A stretch of DNA of 60,811 nt, counting the filler, from Porpidia crustulata (Eukaryota), in the NCBI GenBank assembly GCA_964255105.1. It is 5 parts of 5 records of this genome, joined end to end, with 100 filler letters (N's around TTAATTAATTAA, not from the genome) between each part and the next. Parts side by side here need not be neighbours in the genome. Positions count along the whole stretch, not along the records: positions 1 to 12,116 come from CAXUWE010000567.1; 4 more parts are not named here. One strand, given 5' to 3'. The notes under the pieces are model-generated. The model did not search any database. It saw only the letters and a list, made by a program, of their open reading frames with translations, and was not told the origin of the DNA. Of the stretch, positions 1-11,404 are shown one piece after another (within the stretch, counting starts at the first letter, position 1; every line of letters starts with the position of its first letter). The translations under genes and the position numbers were made by a program.

Positions 1-482
1 ATTAACTAGGCCTTCCAGAATGATGCACTACCAACTGCACCACTCCCCCGTCGGTGTTTTTACGTAGTAGGCCGGGTTGTCGTGAACCACTTCTTAATAA
101 TCGTGCCAAGACTTTTACCCGGACCGCACAAGAAGATCATGGGTATGAGTGCCAAAGGAGTTTCTCAGTCCTTTCTACGAGCCAGATCTCAACGACTCTG
201 GAGTAGACGTTGAATTCAACGCTAATTCCAGACAGTTCGAACGAGCACCGTAATACCCGCGACCATCATCACCGTGGCGACAAAGACGATCACCTTCCAA
301 CCGTTGAGGAGCTGCTATTCTCTCTCGCAGAGAGATACGAGAGCCGGAACGAGCTGGCTTAAGAGGTGAACACGTAGCGGGACGCACCACCAACTTGTCC
401 TTTTTGCGCCAACTCGAGTGAGCCGGGCAAACGTCCAAGGCAGCCCGTATGGCGATCTCATACGATAGGTTACTTTGAACAT

Positions 483-866
483 ATGGCTGAGCAGTTCTAC
501 TACTACAGTATTCTCGCTTCTACTCCCCTCAGGTCCCTTGTCGGTCGTGATAAGCGGCTGCTCACGGTTCATTCTTCACTCATAGCTCATCATTCGGAAT
601 CCCTTGATCTCCCTGTTAATGAACACATGTCGGAAGTAAAGGAGGGATGTGCATTATTGGAAGACGTCGAAGAGCAAACATTTGTTCAATTCAGTCAATA
701 CGCATATACCGGGAAATACTCTGCTGCAGATCCAGACATTCGTCCCAACACTTTATGGCCAGGATCTTTTGGACCTTTAAGTGCTTCCTCACCAACTTTT
801 CCACTGATGAAAGCCTACATACTTGGAACGCGGCTAATATGCTTGTTCAATTGGTCACTTAGCTAA
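483..866 (+). pseudogene. BTB/POZ-domain protein remnant
   Basis: ORF reads LVGRDKRLLTVHSSLIAHHS..VNEHMSEVKEGCALLEDVEEQTFVQFSQYAYTGKY, a typical fungal BTB core. Downstream frames contain many stops, so the C-terminal part is degraded. Confidence 0.7.
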
Positions 867-1142
867 AAAATGTCTACATTTAATCTACGAAGTAGATGCA
901 AGAGCAGGTTTTGTGGAAGCTGGGTTATCGTTCATACTAGGCAACAGCAGTCTCTGCGTAACGATGGTCGTTTGGGAAGTACAAGTTATAGTAACAGCAT
1001 TATGCGACACTTTAAGAGATAGAGGATTGGGAGAACTTCTAGGAAGTCGTATTTGAATCGGTACTCTTTCCCCTTCAAATAGATCCATCGGTTCATGGAT
1101 TTGTTTCCAAACAAAAAACAGCCCAAAGCTTTCCATACGCTC

Positions 1143-2280
1143 TCAGTACAAGGGCACTCCTCCATCGTCGGAGTCTTCCTCGGACTTATCGGCAGCCCCT
1201 ATAATATCCGAATTCAGGGGCTCGTGTGTCGACTCCTCCATGTCTCCGTCAGCCGTCAATTTGGTTTCTTCTACATTATACATGTCTTCATCACGTTGAG
1301 GCAGAGTCGATCTCGCGTGATGCAAATCTGCTGGAGTATATGTTAAGCTATGAGGACGGCAAGATGATACCTCAACTTACCACGGCATGTGCCTCTCAAG
1401 AATGGTTCTTCCAATACCATCCGCGAATACTGAAGTCCCCAGTCCCGTAGTCGAGTCAGGGTGAGCTTTAATCCCCTGATATTCTGGCACAATCTTGTCC
1501 AACACAAAAAGCCGGATTCCCCTGATCATCGCGTTTAAGGTATCCTCTTGTTCCTTGACCAACGTTGGCAAGTCCTCCTAAGCATAGGGAGGCTGCCATT
1601 GAATATATAAGTTGTTACTACAGCCCGATGTTTGAACCTGCAAAGGGTGGGCCTGAAAGTATCGATAACACAAGAAACACGTCGGTTTACTAACGCCGAT
1701 ATACCGAACCCCATCCCAAAACCGGAGTTTTACCGGAGTTTTTGGCGGTGAAACAGGTCTAGGAGAACGACCTCGGCGTGAATTCTCAGCTTAAACTTGG
1801 GGTTTTGGTACTCATCTCGAATGCGTTTTTCTAGTAGGAGGTGGAACTTTTCATCCTGGCATTGGAGCTCTTTTCGATAGTATTGGCAGGCCTGGGGATC
1901 TGTCACCATTCGATTGATGATACCGTTACTCGAAGACTTCCCCCTATAAGATGGCGGTGTGAAGTCCAGATGTTGTGTTGCGATTTCAATCGAATAGCCC
2001 ACAAATAGCTGAGGGTAGTGCCTCCCAGCATTAATTGAAACCCGTGCGGCTTTCAATTTGTCTGATTCAGTCAGTAAGAATACACAGGAGACTACATTAC
2101 TGCGGATCCAGACATTCTGTCTGATTCCTCCACGATTACCTCTACGTATTTTGTTCCGAACGAAGCTTCCAATGCCGATTCCAGCTGATGAAAGGAAGTG
2201 GTATATTGACTGACCAGAGGGCGCATGAGGTGATAAACACTCTTCGAAGGGTTTATCGCTAGGGCTTTGGCACTGGCCAT
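1143..2280 (-). pseudogene. OTT_1508-like nucleic-acid deaminase, disrupted
   Basis: Removing one copy of an 11-bp duplication (1721-1742) gives IHAEVVLLDLFHRQKLRFWDGVRYIGVSKPTCFLCYRYFQAHP..SGCSNNLYIQWQPP...HPDSTTG, i.e. the HxE and SKxxCxxC zinc motifs of the family. An in-frame TAG lies at 1578-1580. The 3' end is approximate (acidic tail EDSDDGGVPLY). Confidence 0.85.
1721..1742. repeat. 11-bp tandem duplication ACCGGAGTTTT x2 causing a frameshift
   Basis: Directly visible; lies between the HAE and YIGVSK motifs of the deaminase. Confidence 0.95.
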
Positions 2281-2382
2281 ACGGACGCTGAAGCTGTCAA
2301 CTACGTAGATTACAGCTAGAACTGGTGAAGGCTATCATTCTTGCACATTCGGTCGTCCTATCACAGATACAAGAACAGACCA

Positions 2383-3395
2383 TTAGTCCTCCTTCATCCC
2401 AAAAAAGCCTTTCACGTTCCCCATAAAGCCGCCTATCGCTCCTTTTGCATTCTCCGTCAACCCGCCTATCGCTCCTTTGGCATTCTCCGTTAATCCACAA
2501 ATCATTCCTTTCAACGAAGCCAACCCCACTCCAACTACAAGCATACAACCGAAAGCACCAATCACCCATATAAGACCCATGGCCGCCCCACCCATCGCCA
2601 TGCTTTGCAAGAAAGCAAAGACAGACCCAGATGCAACTGATCCTATTGAAGCTTGCCATGCCGCGGCTATGCTTGAAGCAACAGGACCGATGGCGCTGAA
2701 TCCTATAGCTCCGAGTATTGCCGGAGCAGCTAAGGCGAGCGTAAAGAGCGAGATTCCGCTTAATATACTAGCCGATTTGTAGGGGTGAGCGCGGATCCAA
2801 TTGGTGATTTCATTTACGAGCTTCCGGAGTGCCGGCCCGTAGCGATTGACGACTTGGATGTTAGTTGCCGCTTCCGTTAATCGTGGAGGAAAGGGAACTT
2901 ACCGAGTATCCGTTGCGAAGTTGCGAACCGGATGCAACGGTAAGTGAGTGCGCCAAGCGCTGCGTGAAATCCGACCATGTTGTTTGTCATGGTGGCTTGA
3001 TGAAGGAGATTTTGGGATTCCGCCCTATTGAATTTGTTCAAAGCGTTGACAGGTGGCGGTATGCGTGTCGATAAGTCCTCTGGTTGCTGATGTGCTTCAA
3101 GAGCTCTGGTTATTTCTGCTAGAGAATGATGGTGAGCTGAGTAAATTTCGGCGTCTAAGTTGCCTGGATCGTTCATTATCTCGATGGTACCGTCCAGGTT
3201 GAGGACTAAGCCTAGAAAATCATCGTCCTGTTCCGCGTTATTGAAGGGAAGTTCTCCGACAATAGCCTCACTCCACTTTTCTTGCAGCTCGTTCGGCAGT
3301 TCTTGAATGGAGCAAATACTACTGATTTGAGGTTCCCCATTATCTTGAAGGGGATCTCTGATCAGCAAGCAGTATGTAACATTGTTTGAAGGCAT
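2383..3395 (-). CDS. IFI6/IFI27 (ISG12, Ifi-6-16)-like membrane protein with unrecognised N-terminal domain, about 320 aa, 1 intron
   Basis: Intron 2853-2902 (GTAAGT..CTAAC..AAG) joins ORF 2877-3395 in frame to ...LGAIGFSAIGPVASSIAAAWQASIGSVASGSVFAFLQSMAMGG, the Ifi-6-16 signature. Spliced length is 963 nt. Confidence 0.8.
2429..2494. repeat. 33-bp coding tandem repeat (GLTENAKGAIG x2, plus diverged GFMGNVKGFFG)
   Basis: ccgcctatcgctccttttgcattctccgtcaac followed by ccgcctatcgctcctttggcattctccgttaat. Confidence 0.9.
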
Positions 3396-5131
3396 TCTTG
3401 ATATGAATCGTGTGGGTTACAGCTTATGCTGACGAGGAGGATCGAATCGGAGCGCAAATCGTAGATATCCCACGGAACGACTTGTTTCATTTAACTTTCA
3501 CGAATAGCAGCCGGTCTTGTTTTTTTCCCCAGATGAGCGCTGACCCACAACTAAGTCTGCCAAAAGATTACCGTCGTTGCTTCTGAAAAATGGTCGTCCG
3601 ACAAAGAGCAGGACGATGATCTAGGATTTTCTCGGGTAAATTTCCGAAAAGCTGAGAAAGGCTGCTTGTTATGTTTTTCGAAAGTTGTTTGGAAGAAAAC
3701 GGAATGAATATTCCGTCACTAAGTGTCAGTGCATTCTTGTTATGACAGCAATGAAAAAGAAGCTTCATGTTCATCAGAGTAAGCCAACTGGCGGAGCAGT
3801 GATTATTGGTTCGCTATGGGAGATGTGAGAAGCAGGGATACACGGTTCGAGGCGTTCGATTCTCGCTTTTCATCTCGAAGCACCACAACGCAGTTGTGAT
3901 TGAATGACCGAACGAATTCAGTAAAGCGTCGCGTTTGAGTATACATATCGTCGAAAAGATGTCAGCCGTCCTCACCGAGTCTTGACAAAAATGGTTATGA
4001 TCGACAAATGAACGGGCACAAAGTGCCTATCCAATGACAAGAGAAGGTACCCGCAATGCCTTTCGTGTACAGAGATCTACAACTCAGAACACATAAAGGT
4101 TGATTCAAAATCTCCAGTCACGTACGCTTGAGTCATCATCATCTGATATTAGAAATGTGATTCTGAGTGTTCTCGGGCTTCCAAAAGAATTCGGATTCCA
4201 TACAGATATTTTCATTAATGACAATCCGTAACTTCACCATACTTTCGATTGCTTTCCAATGCCCCCCTGACGAAGCAGCCGACATCATTTTGCACATCTG
4301 GTACTCCGTCCAAATAGCAGCTTCTCGAGCCAGAAGCACATATATTCTTCCTCTAGTTGAAGCGGTGACTCCCAAGATAAAAGGATAAGTCATCGACGAT
4401 TGTACTTACGAAGACTTGGAAATTTGGGACCCGGAGCCTAGGTTTATCGCTTCTCAAAAAGCAATAACAAGTACTGGTTCCGAAGCTAGCTCCCAATGCA
4501 CAATGCGGTTTCGAGAAACGGGTGTGCTTCTGCCGTTTTCTGGCGATACTCGACCGCACAAGATTCCGAATCCGTAAGGCTCGCGTCTTCGCCCATAGTC
4601 TCAATATTAACGGTCATCGCAGGACCCTGTTTGACAATGAAGGGGATTGGCTGCTTCACAACTTCTCTGATCCTCTTGAAGGTTAGTGTCTTGAAGAGGT
4701 TCATAGCAGTGATGCGCAATTTGCTGCGCAGAAAAGCGATGTCTACGGGGCTCTTTACTATCATAATCTCTCCAAACATGAAAGATTCTGTCAACGATTG
4801 TCCAGCATGAACATAACTTTACAGCTACTCGAATATGACGCTTCGGATCTTTCAAAGTATCCTTAAGTGACACAGAACATAATCGGAGATTCGACATAGT
4901 AATACATAAGCTTACAGTAAATCAAATTTTATAGTCTGCGGCTGGGAGAGTGTAGAGCACCCTTTCTCTCCCACTGCTTTGCCAATCGATGCCATCTGCT
5001 CTGTGGCACTCTGATTAGCCGGAGGCTGCTCTTTCGTCTAGTGGCAAAAGTTAACGCCTATGGCTCATTTGCTCATGCGACTAATACCCTTTTCTTGCAG
5101 TCTTTAAGTTAGGTTTCTTACGGATCCTGAC

Positions 5132-7579
5132 ATGCGCGAAGCCGAAACCGAGCCATTGCAGCATGACGTTTTTGGTGTTGACTTGATCAGGAGGAGCTTG
5201 CTTCTTCTCAAAGGCCTGATCGCTGGGGGAATCCTGGCCTTTGCTCTGCAGCAGAAGCGATGGCGTGTTAACTACGGACTTGACCTCTCACGGACCATGC
5301 TTGCTGTCCCATATCGCGCAAAGGACAATCCAGCAACACGAGCTGAATTCAGCCACCCCGATGCCACCATCGTACTAACTTGTCTAAGTTATTACTACGG
5401 TGGCCTTTCGGATGAGCAGTTACACACCGTCTTCGAAAAGCTGCTTTTGTGCGATAACGCCCAAAAGGAATATGAATGCTGGGTTCAAGATGCTTCTGAA
5501 TTACCGTTCTCGTTTCGACAATTGACTGGCATCAATCTGAGCGATCCTGCGCAGTGTTCTCAGCTGGTCTTCCCTTCGTTAAGGTTCGCCAAAAGTGCAA
5601 TCGACTTCTATATGTCACGTATTGTCTTTCCGAAAGAGATGAAAGAATTTCCACACAAGCTGTCTTCTTCGGGCTGGGACATCGCACGAGCGAAAGTTCA
5701 CCCAACAACGGGTTTCAGTGGGACAAACGACAGCAGATATATATTACCATTGTCCATAAGTCAGTGTGATCTCCCACCGCAGCTTCACACAAATGCTGCA
5801 GTGCTCGACTGTCTGCTACGGCCCGAAAACTCTTTTAAGCATGCTATGCAGGAGTCCAGAAAGGAAAGCTTCGATGCAGAATCGTTACTGCAAATAGTCG
5901 TCGGGTCGGAGCCGCCTGTGCGAGTAATTCTCGATGTGGGAGCGCAAGTTTTGGAGCGGACGAACGAGGAAGTCGCACGTACATGGCTCGTGCGCGTTGC
6001 GGCATCAGATGCACAGGCAGCCGTATTCTTCGATGATCATAACGATCTGTCAGTCTTGAGCCGTGACGGTATCGTGGAATCGCTGATGATTTCCCCTTTT
6101 GCGAAGCAGATGGACCAGTGCCTAGTATACCTCGACGAGGCTCATACCCGAGGGACGGACTTGAAGCTACCGACGAATTACCGGGCCGTTGTGACTCTGG
6201 GGCCTGACCTCACCAAGGATCGAATTGTGCAGGGTATAACCCGATCCAATTAATTCTGTTTCCCACTGCTAACTCAAACAGCGTGCATGCGAATGCGGAA
6301 GCTAGGAAAAGGCCAATCAGTCATGTTTTGCGGGCCCATGGAAGTTGAACGTAAAATTCTCCACTGCAGCGGCAAAACCCAGTGCGACACCATCAAGGTA
6401 GCCGACGTGTTACAATGGAGCATTTCGGAAACCTGCATCAACACAAAAAAATGCATTCCGCTGTGGGCGACACAAGGGATACGGCATCAGCGTCGCCATA
6501 TAGCATGCTCGGAGTCTTCAAACGACGGAGGCAAAGGCGCCGCTTTGGAGATCGCAAAGTCATTGCTCGAAGTTGAGGCGCAAACTCTCCAGGATCGATA
6601 CGGATTTGGAGGACGAAGATCGGAAGAACAAGTCTTGTTACATGGCGTGGAGGAAGTAGCACTCTCAACCCGTGAGACGCAAGTGGAAGCCATTCGGACC
6701 AAATGTCGAGAATTTGGACTGACATCGCTCAACAACGCAACACTTCGGGAGGAGCAGGAGCGTGAGCTATCACCAGAGAACGAGCAGGAGCGACAAGTTG
6801 AACGTCCACCAGCGCTCACACCCAAAAATCACAATGTTCATCCAGATGTGAGGCGCTTTGTTCACCAGGGAATCCTTGACCGTTGTTCAGACGCCTTTCA
6901 GCCTGCCTTCGAGCTTTTCGGCAACACAAGCGCCATCGAATGTCTTGAAAAAGAAACATGGCCGGTGCATTTGCTGATTACGGCCGACTTTGCCCAGACG
7001 GTACACGCTTCAGGAAACCAGCTTTTGGACTCGTTCCTTAGGCCTGTTCAATGGGTCGCGAGCAGAAAGAACCGCAACACGGTCGACTGCGTGGTGCTCA
7101 GCCCGTACGAAGCTCACGAATTATTGCCATATATACGCCAGCACAACACCGTCACCCTACACGTCTATTCACCTCGCGTCAGTATGTCTGTGCGTACGCT
7201 AGAAGATCTTTCATTTTGCGCCATTCCTGCGGTATCCAGATGTTGGGCCCCACCCCCTTCTATCATGCAGCTCAATCTATTTGCCGGTCAGCTCTATCTG
7301 AGAAGCTACGAGGAGTACATTTCGATCTGTCAATTCTTAGGACTGTGTTTTCGCCCGCGGTATGCGCAGGTTAAGGTCGCCTGCGATGGATTCATCAGTC
7401 CAATAAGCAGGCCAGAATTCGACGCAGTCATGGAGAGAGAATGTCCTTTTAGGGCCAGTCCGGTTGGGTTTCTGAGAATGCTGATGGCGTTGAGAAGGAA
7501 AGGGCAGAATTTCCAAAAGTCTCACATTGGCAAAATTCTGCACGGTGAATCGCTTGCCAGGGAACAGTTCCAAGGGTAA
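5132..7579 (+). CDS. DUF3645-containing C-terminal part of a DUF3638/DUF3645 giant protein, 5'-truncated, 1 intron
   Basis: Motifs KRWRVNYGLD..LAVPYRAKDNPATRAEFSHPD..LTCLSYYYGGL, GFSGTND, ILDVGAQ, YLDEAHTRGTDLKLP and EEQERELSPE. An intron at about 6234-6281 joins Q-A-CMRMRKLG. An in-frame TAA at 5105 precludes 5' extension. Confidence 0.85.
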
Positions 7580-8097
7580 AGAAGTTCGAGTCGGATTCAG
7601 ATAGAGATAGCGCGAAGACTAAATGGCTAGCTCGGCTCCTTCCGTGCTTCGCCACGCTGTAGAGAAGCTGCGAAGATTCTAGAAACTTCGAGTAAATCTT
7701 GGTCTCTCACTGTCTGGGCCTAATTACATCTATACTAAAACGCGATGGCCACAACAAGTCAGCTTCTCTCGTGAATGAGATTTTGGGTATTGGAAAGAAA
7801 TTTCCGCTAAATGCCTGTATGAGGTTGTGCCTGAGGCTGTACAACTTTTACAATGACGGCTCCTGTTGACTAATGTATCTCTATCACGTGACCGAAAGTG
7901 CGCACGCGCATTTTGCATCACGTGACGAAAATTCCTGATTCTCTTCAGACGCAGAGCACAGTACGATACTATTTGGTAGCACCTTTGAATTGTATTTCGA
8001 AGGGACACTATCCGACTCTGTCATACGCGAAGCATCAACCACAGAAGAATTTTCCAGTGATGAGTTTTCTTGTGATGACGCAACGGAATGGGGTTAA

Positions 8098-9250
8098 TTA
8101 ACTTCTTGTCCACCGAGCTACCGTACCATCCACTAAACAGACCATAGAGACCGAGCCTTTCAAAATCGCTCTGATAAATTGCAAGCCTTTTTCTCGCATT
8201 AACATTACACGAGGATCACTCCATTTTCCTTTTGTTTCTTTCAAGGCCCATTTACCAAGATTCAAAAGACGATATCTTCCATAGACCACAGCGCCCACGG
8301 AACTCAGAAACAGTAGAGGAACTATGAATGCTGCGACCACATAGGAGTCTGGCTCCGGTGTTGATGGCGGTGGTGTGCTAGACGGTTGAGTGTCAGGTAA
8401 TAGCGATGCTTGCTTAGTGCGCTGAGGATTGCTGTATATATGCGCATCTTGCCACGTGTTGGAGACGACACGGGTCCGGTATGATGGAGGGGAGACAAGA
8501 ACTTGGGATGGACCGGTGGCCACGGAGTGCGAAATGGCTGGGGTGTAAGTTCTTGATGGTATCTGTGATAGTGTCCGTTGAGATGTCCACAAAGATGAGT
8601 GCGGAGCAGTGAGTACGTTAAGACTTGGAGTCGAGGGGTGTACGAAGGATCGACCGAACTGGTCGCTATGCGGGCTGGGATGTGTTGTAGGAGGTGTGGA
8701 TTTGATATATGCGTTTAACGTATTGTAGGATGTTCTTTTGAGCTTGTATTCTTTCCCGGAGCGACAGTATGGGTCCAAGGACGCCACACTGATGGTATAC
8801 TTATATTCCGTCTTGATGGAAGGCTTTTTACGGAGCTTGGTGTTGTTTTGGAGGGACAATAGAATGCCATTATCAGGATGGGCAGCGCTAGGGGAGATTG
8901 GGAGGTGATGATCGCGTTGGTGTCCTTTTGTTGGATACTTCACTGCGAGAGCTTCTCCTATTAGCGGAAAACTCAAAAGCTAAATTGTTTTTCAGGAATG
9001 TTTAGATCAGAATGCTAACAATAAGTACAGTAGCCTTTCCCCGCACTATCTCCGTGGACAAAACCACAATGGGATGATGGAAGCAGCCGTCGTTTACTTC
9101 TCTATCCACGAGAAGACGTTCCTCAATTTTGTTTTTCCTCGATAACCAAAGGATGCAGCCTACTTCGATATCTTTGCGTTGATGAGTTGTGCTTTGCCGC
9201 CGGCGTGCCGGCTGTGGAGACGGGTGTAAGGACGCCTGTGTCGCGGGCAT
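8098..9250 (-). pseudogene. Fungal hypothetical protein (GCILWL..GCFHHPIVVLS..LPI.P..HPDNG) with C-terminal TM helix; possibly PemK/MazF-like fold; likely frameshifted at the intron
   Basis: ORFs 9002-9250 and 8098-8976 are separated by an intron-like stretch (GTTAGC...GCTAAT..AG). The candidate donor is phase 0 while the nearby acceptors are phase 1. Confidence 0.45.
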
Positions 9251-9635
9251 TGTGCTATGATCGTAGGTAAGGACGGTTCGAAGGAAGGAACTTTCATGGT
9301 GGACGGCAGTCTGATGGATTTGCTACCCCGTCCCCATCTTCTTTTCAGAAACGTAGGTAGTCATCAAGACCGTCGTCCTCATCTCCACTACTCGTACTCT
9401 CTGAGTTCTTCTGTGTCAAGTTGAAGGGTACTTTCAGAAAAGAGAATGCGCATTAGGAGTCCCAGTAAACGGTGCGGGGTGAATCATGGTTACACAGACT
9501 GCGATTGGGGAGCCTCAGCCTTGGCATAAGCTAAGCGCTGCGGAATCTTTTGTTTGACCAACGCCATATCTTTAAGCCTTTCAAGACGGTTTTCTAACGA
9601 CCTTTGGAGCCATTTTAACGTAGCACTTTACGATC

Positions 9636-10661
9636 ATGGAGGTTGGAAACCAATCGAAATGTGCTGAAGCTAAAGGGTCTCCAATCCGTTCCATTGCTCA
9701 CGTTAATGATTGTGGATACGCTGGTATACCCGAAGCCGTCGTTGCTCCTGTCTTCGAACTTGCGTGTGACCTTCGCTCCATGAAACCAAGTGTAGATAGT
9801 ATAATCACACAGACGAAGACACAATTGGATCATGATATAGTTTCTGCGCTCATAGAGGCGGCTGATCGCTTATCACCATGTGACAACACGCCACATGGAG
9901 TGAAAGCACGCAGAGAGAAGAGCAAGAGCAGAGCAGAAATAGCTGAGCGCGCTGAAGAGCTTTTCCTTGCGAATTTCACAAGACTAGGCTATCGCTTTCT
10001 AAGCGAAGCCCAGCAGAAAAAATTTACAAATGTTACCCCAGACATTCGTTTCGCGAAGCCGACCCTTATTTGTGGTTACCTCTGCTGGTGATTGGAATTC
10101 AAGGACTTCTTCGGTTTTCGGGCAAATCCTTTCTTGGCATCACAAAACGAAAAACAACTAAGAAAGTATGCGGCGCAAATTGGGCAGGGGGCGGTTGTCT
10201 ATAAACTCGGCTTTGAGACTGATCATATGAATATTGAGGGTGTAAATATTCTGCGTGAAGAGGAAGTGCTTATGAATTTGGCTACGCAAGACTATAGTGG
10301 GAATATCACTAGAAGCCGCGATCTTGCAAAAGCTCCATCAAAATCATTCATCGCTAGTTCTGCGGATGAGACCAGTCTTAGCAGGCTCAATCACCAAGGC
10401 GGAGTACATATTGACGGAGAAGACCTTGCCGAAGAGAAAGGGAAGCCTCACAGAAGCACGCAAGATGGGTCACAACAGACGACAAATGCTCCACCTATGA
10501 ATAATCAAATCAAGAAACCGAAGATCGGTAACACTAGATCTCTTTCGAAGGTCACCAAGGGCTATCGGATTACAGACAAGTACAAAAGAAGCCGCTATTT
10601 TTCCAAAGATGATAAAAGTCCTAAACCAGAAGCGCCATGGCGCCGTGTGCTTTATCAGTAG
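9636..10661 (+). pseudogene. CDIN1/C15orf41 (TPD-domain) PD-(D/E)xK nuclease-like protein with one in-frame TGA (10089-10091)
   Basis: Two abutting in-frame ORFs read AEELF..LGYRFLSEAQQK..TPDIRFAKPTLICGYLCW*LEFKDFFG..QLRKYAAQIGQGAVVYKLGF, matching the TPD..W(I/L)ExK..Q..Y...G.G.VVY..GF pattern. Confidence 0.75.
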
Positions 10662-11404
10662 CCAGCTACTAATACTTGGGGAAATACAGTATGATTCTAA
10701 GACAGATTTGGTCAGACAATGATGCTCATCGATCATTGGAAAGAAACGGACGAAGCAATCCTCTCCATATGATGGCATTCACGATTTGCAGGTTCTCTAC
10801 ATCGCATGCTGAGACTACGAGCTCCAGCTATCTTGAGGATGTTTAAATCGGCGGCCCTTCAAGTGGTGGAGGCAGAATCGTCTATAAGAGTCCCGATTTC
10901 ATTACTAATGTTGGGTGGAAATGTAGCGAAAAGCATTTAGGCGTGAGAACGACAATGAAATCAAATCTTTCCTCCACCTCAAGACTCCTGCCAGCTTGAG
11001 AGGAATTCTTGGCGTCCTCGCGGGCCCTGGGTTTCTCACAGTCCCTGCCTTCCCTGCATCCTGAACGCCTTGCATTCCTTGCACTCCTTCCAAACCATGC
11101 GGACCTGGCAGAACATCATTCGCTATATCCAATGAACCCGAAATTCCGGCGCATCTTTACACGAAGTATCGCTTGCGGGGCCTCCCGCGTCTTCGCTTTA
11201 CATCCTTTTTCGTCGATGATCTAAGACATTGAGCAAACTAGCATACATCACTCCACTTTCTTATAGTCCGAATATATAATCTACCTGCGACGCGTTCGTT
11301 CAGCACCCATTTCAGTGTACGACCTAGCATTCTTTCCTCTTCTTCAACGATCGGATTTCACAACATACAATCGTGGAACCGACAAACCTTTTATTTCCGC
11401 ACGA

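Noticed and set aside
3568..4897. Overlapping short ORFs, one faintly ankyrin-like (AASSGGHWKAIESMV)
   Set aside because: No consistent frame or recognisable family; cannot support a call.
10905..11340. Small minus-strand ORFs, including an RRRGRP AT-hook-like motif
   Set aside because: Short, interrupted by stops and with no further domain evidence.
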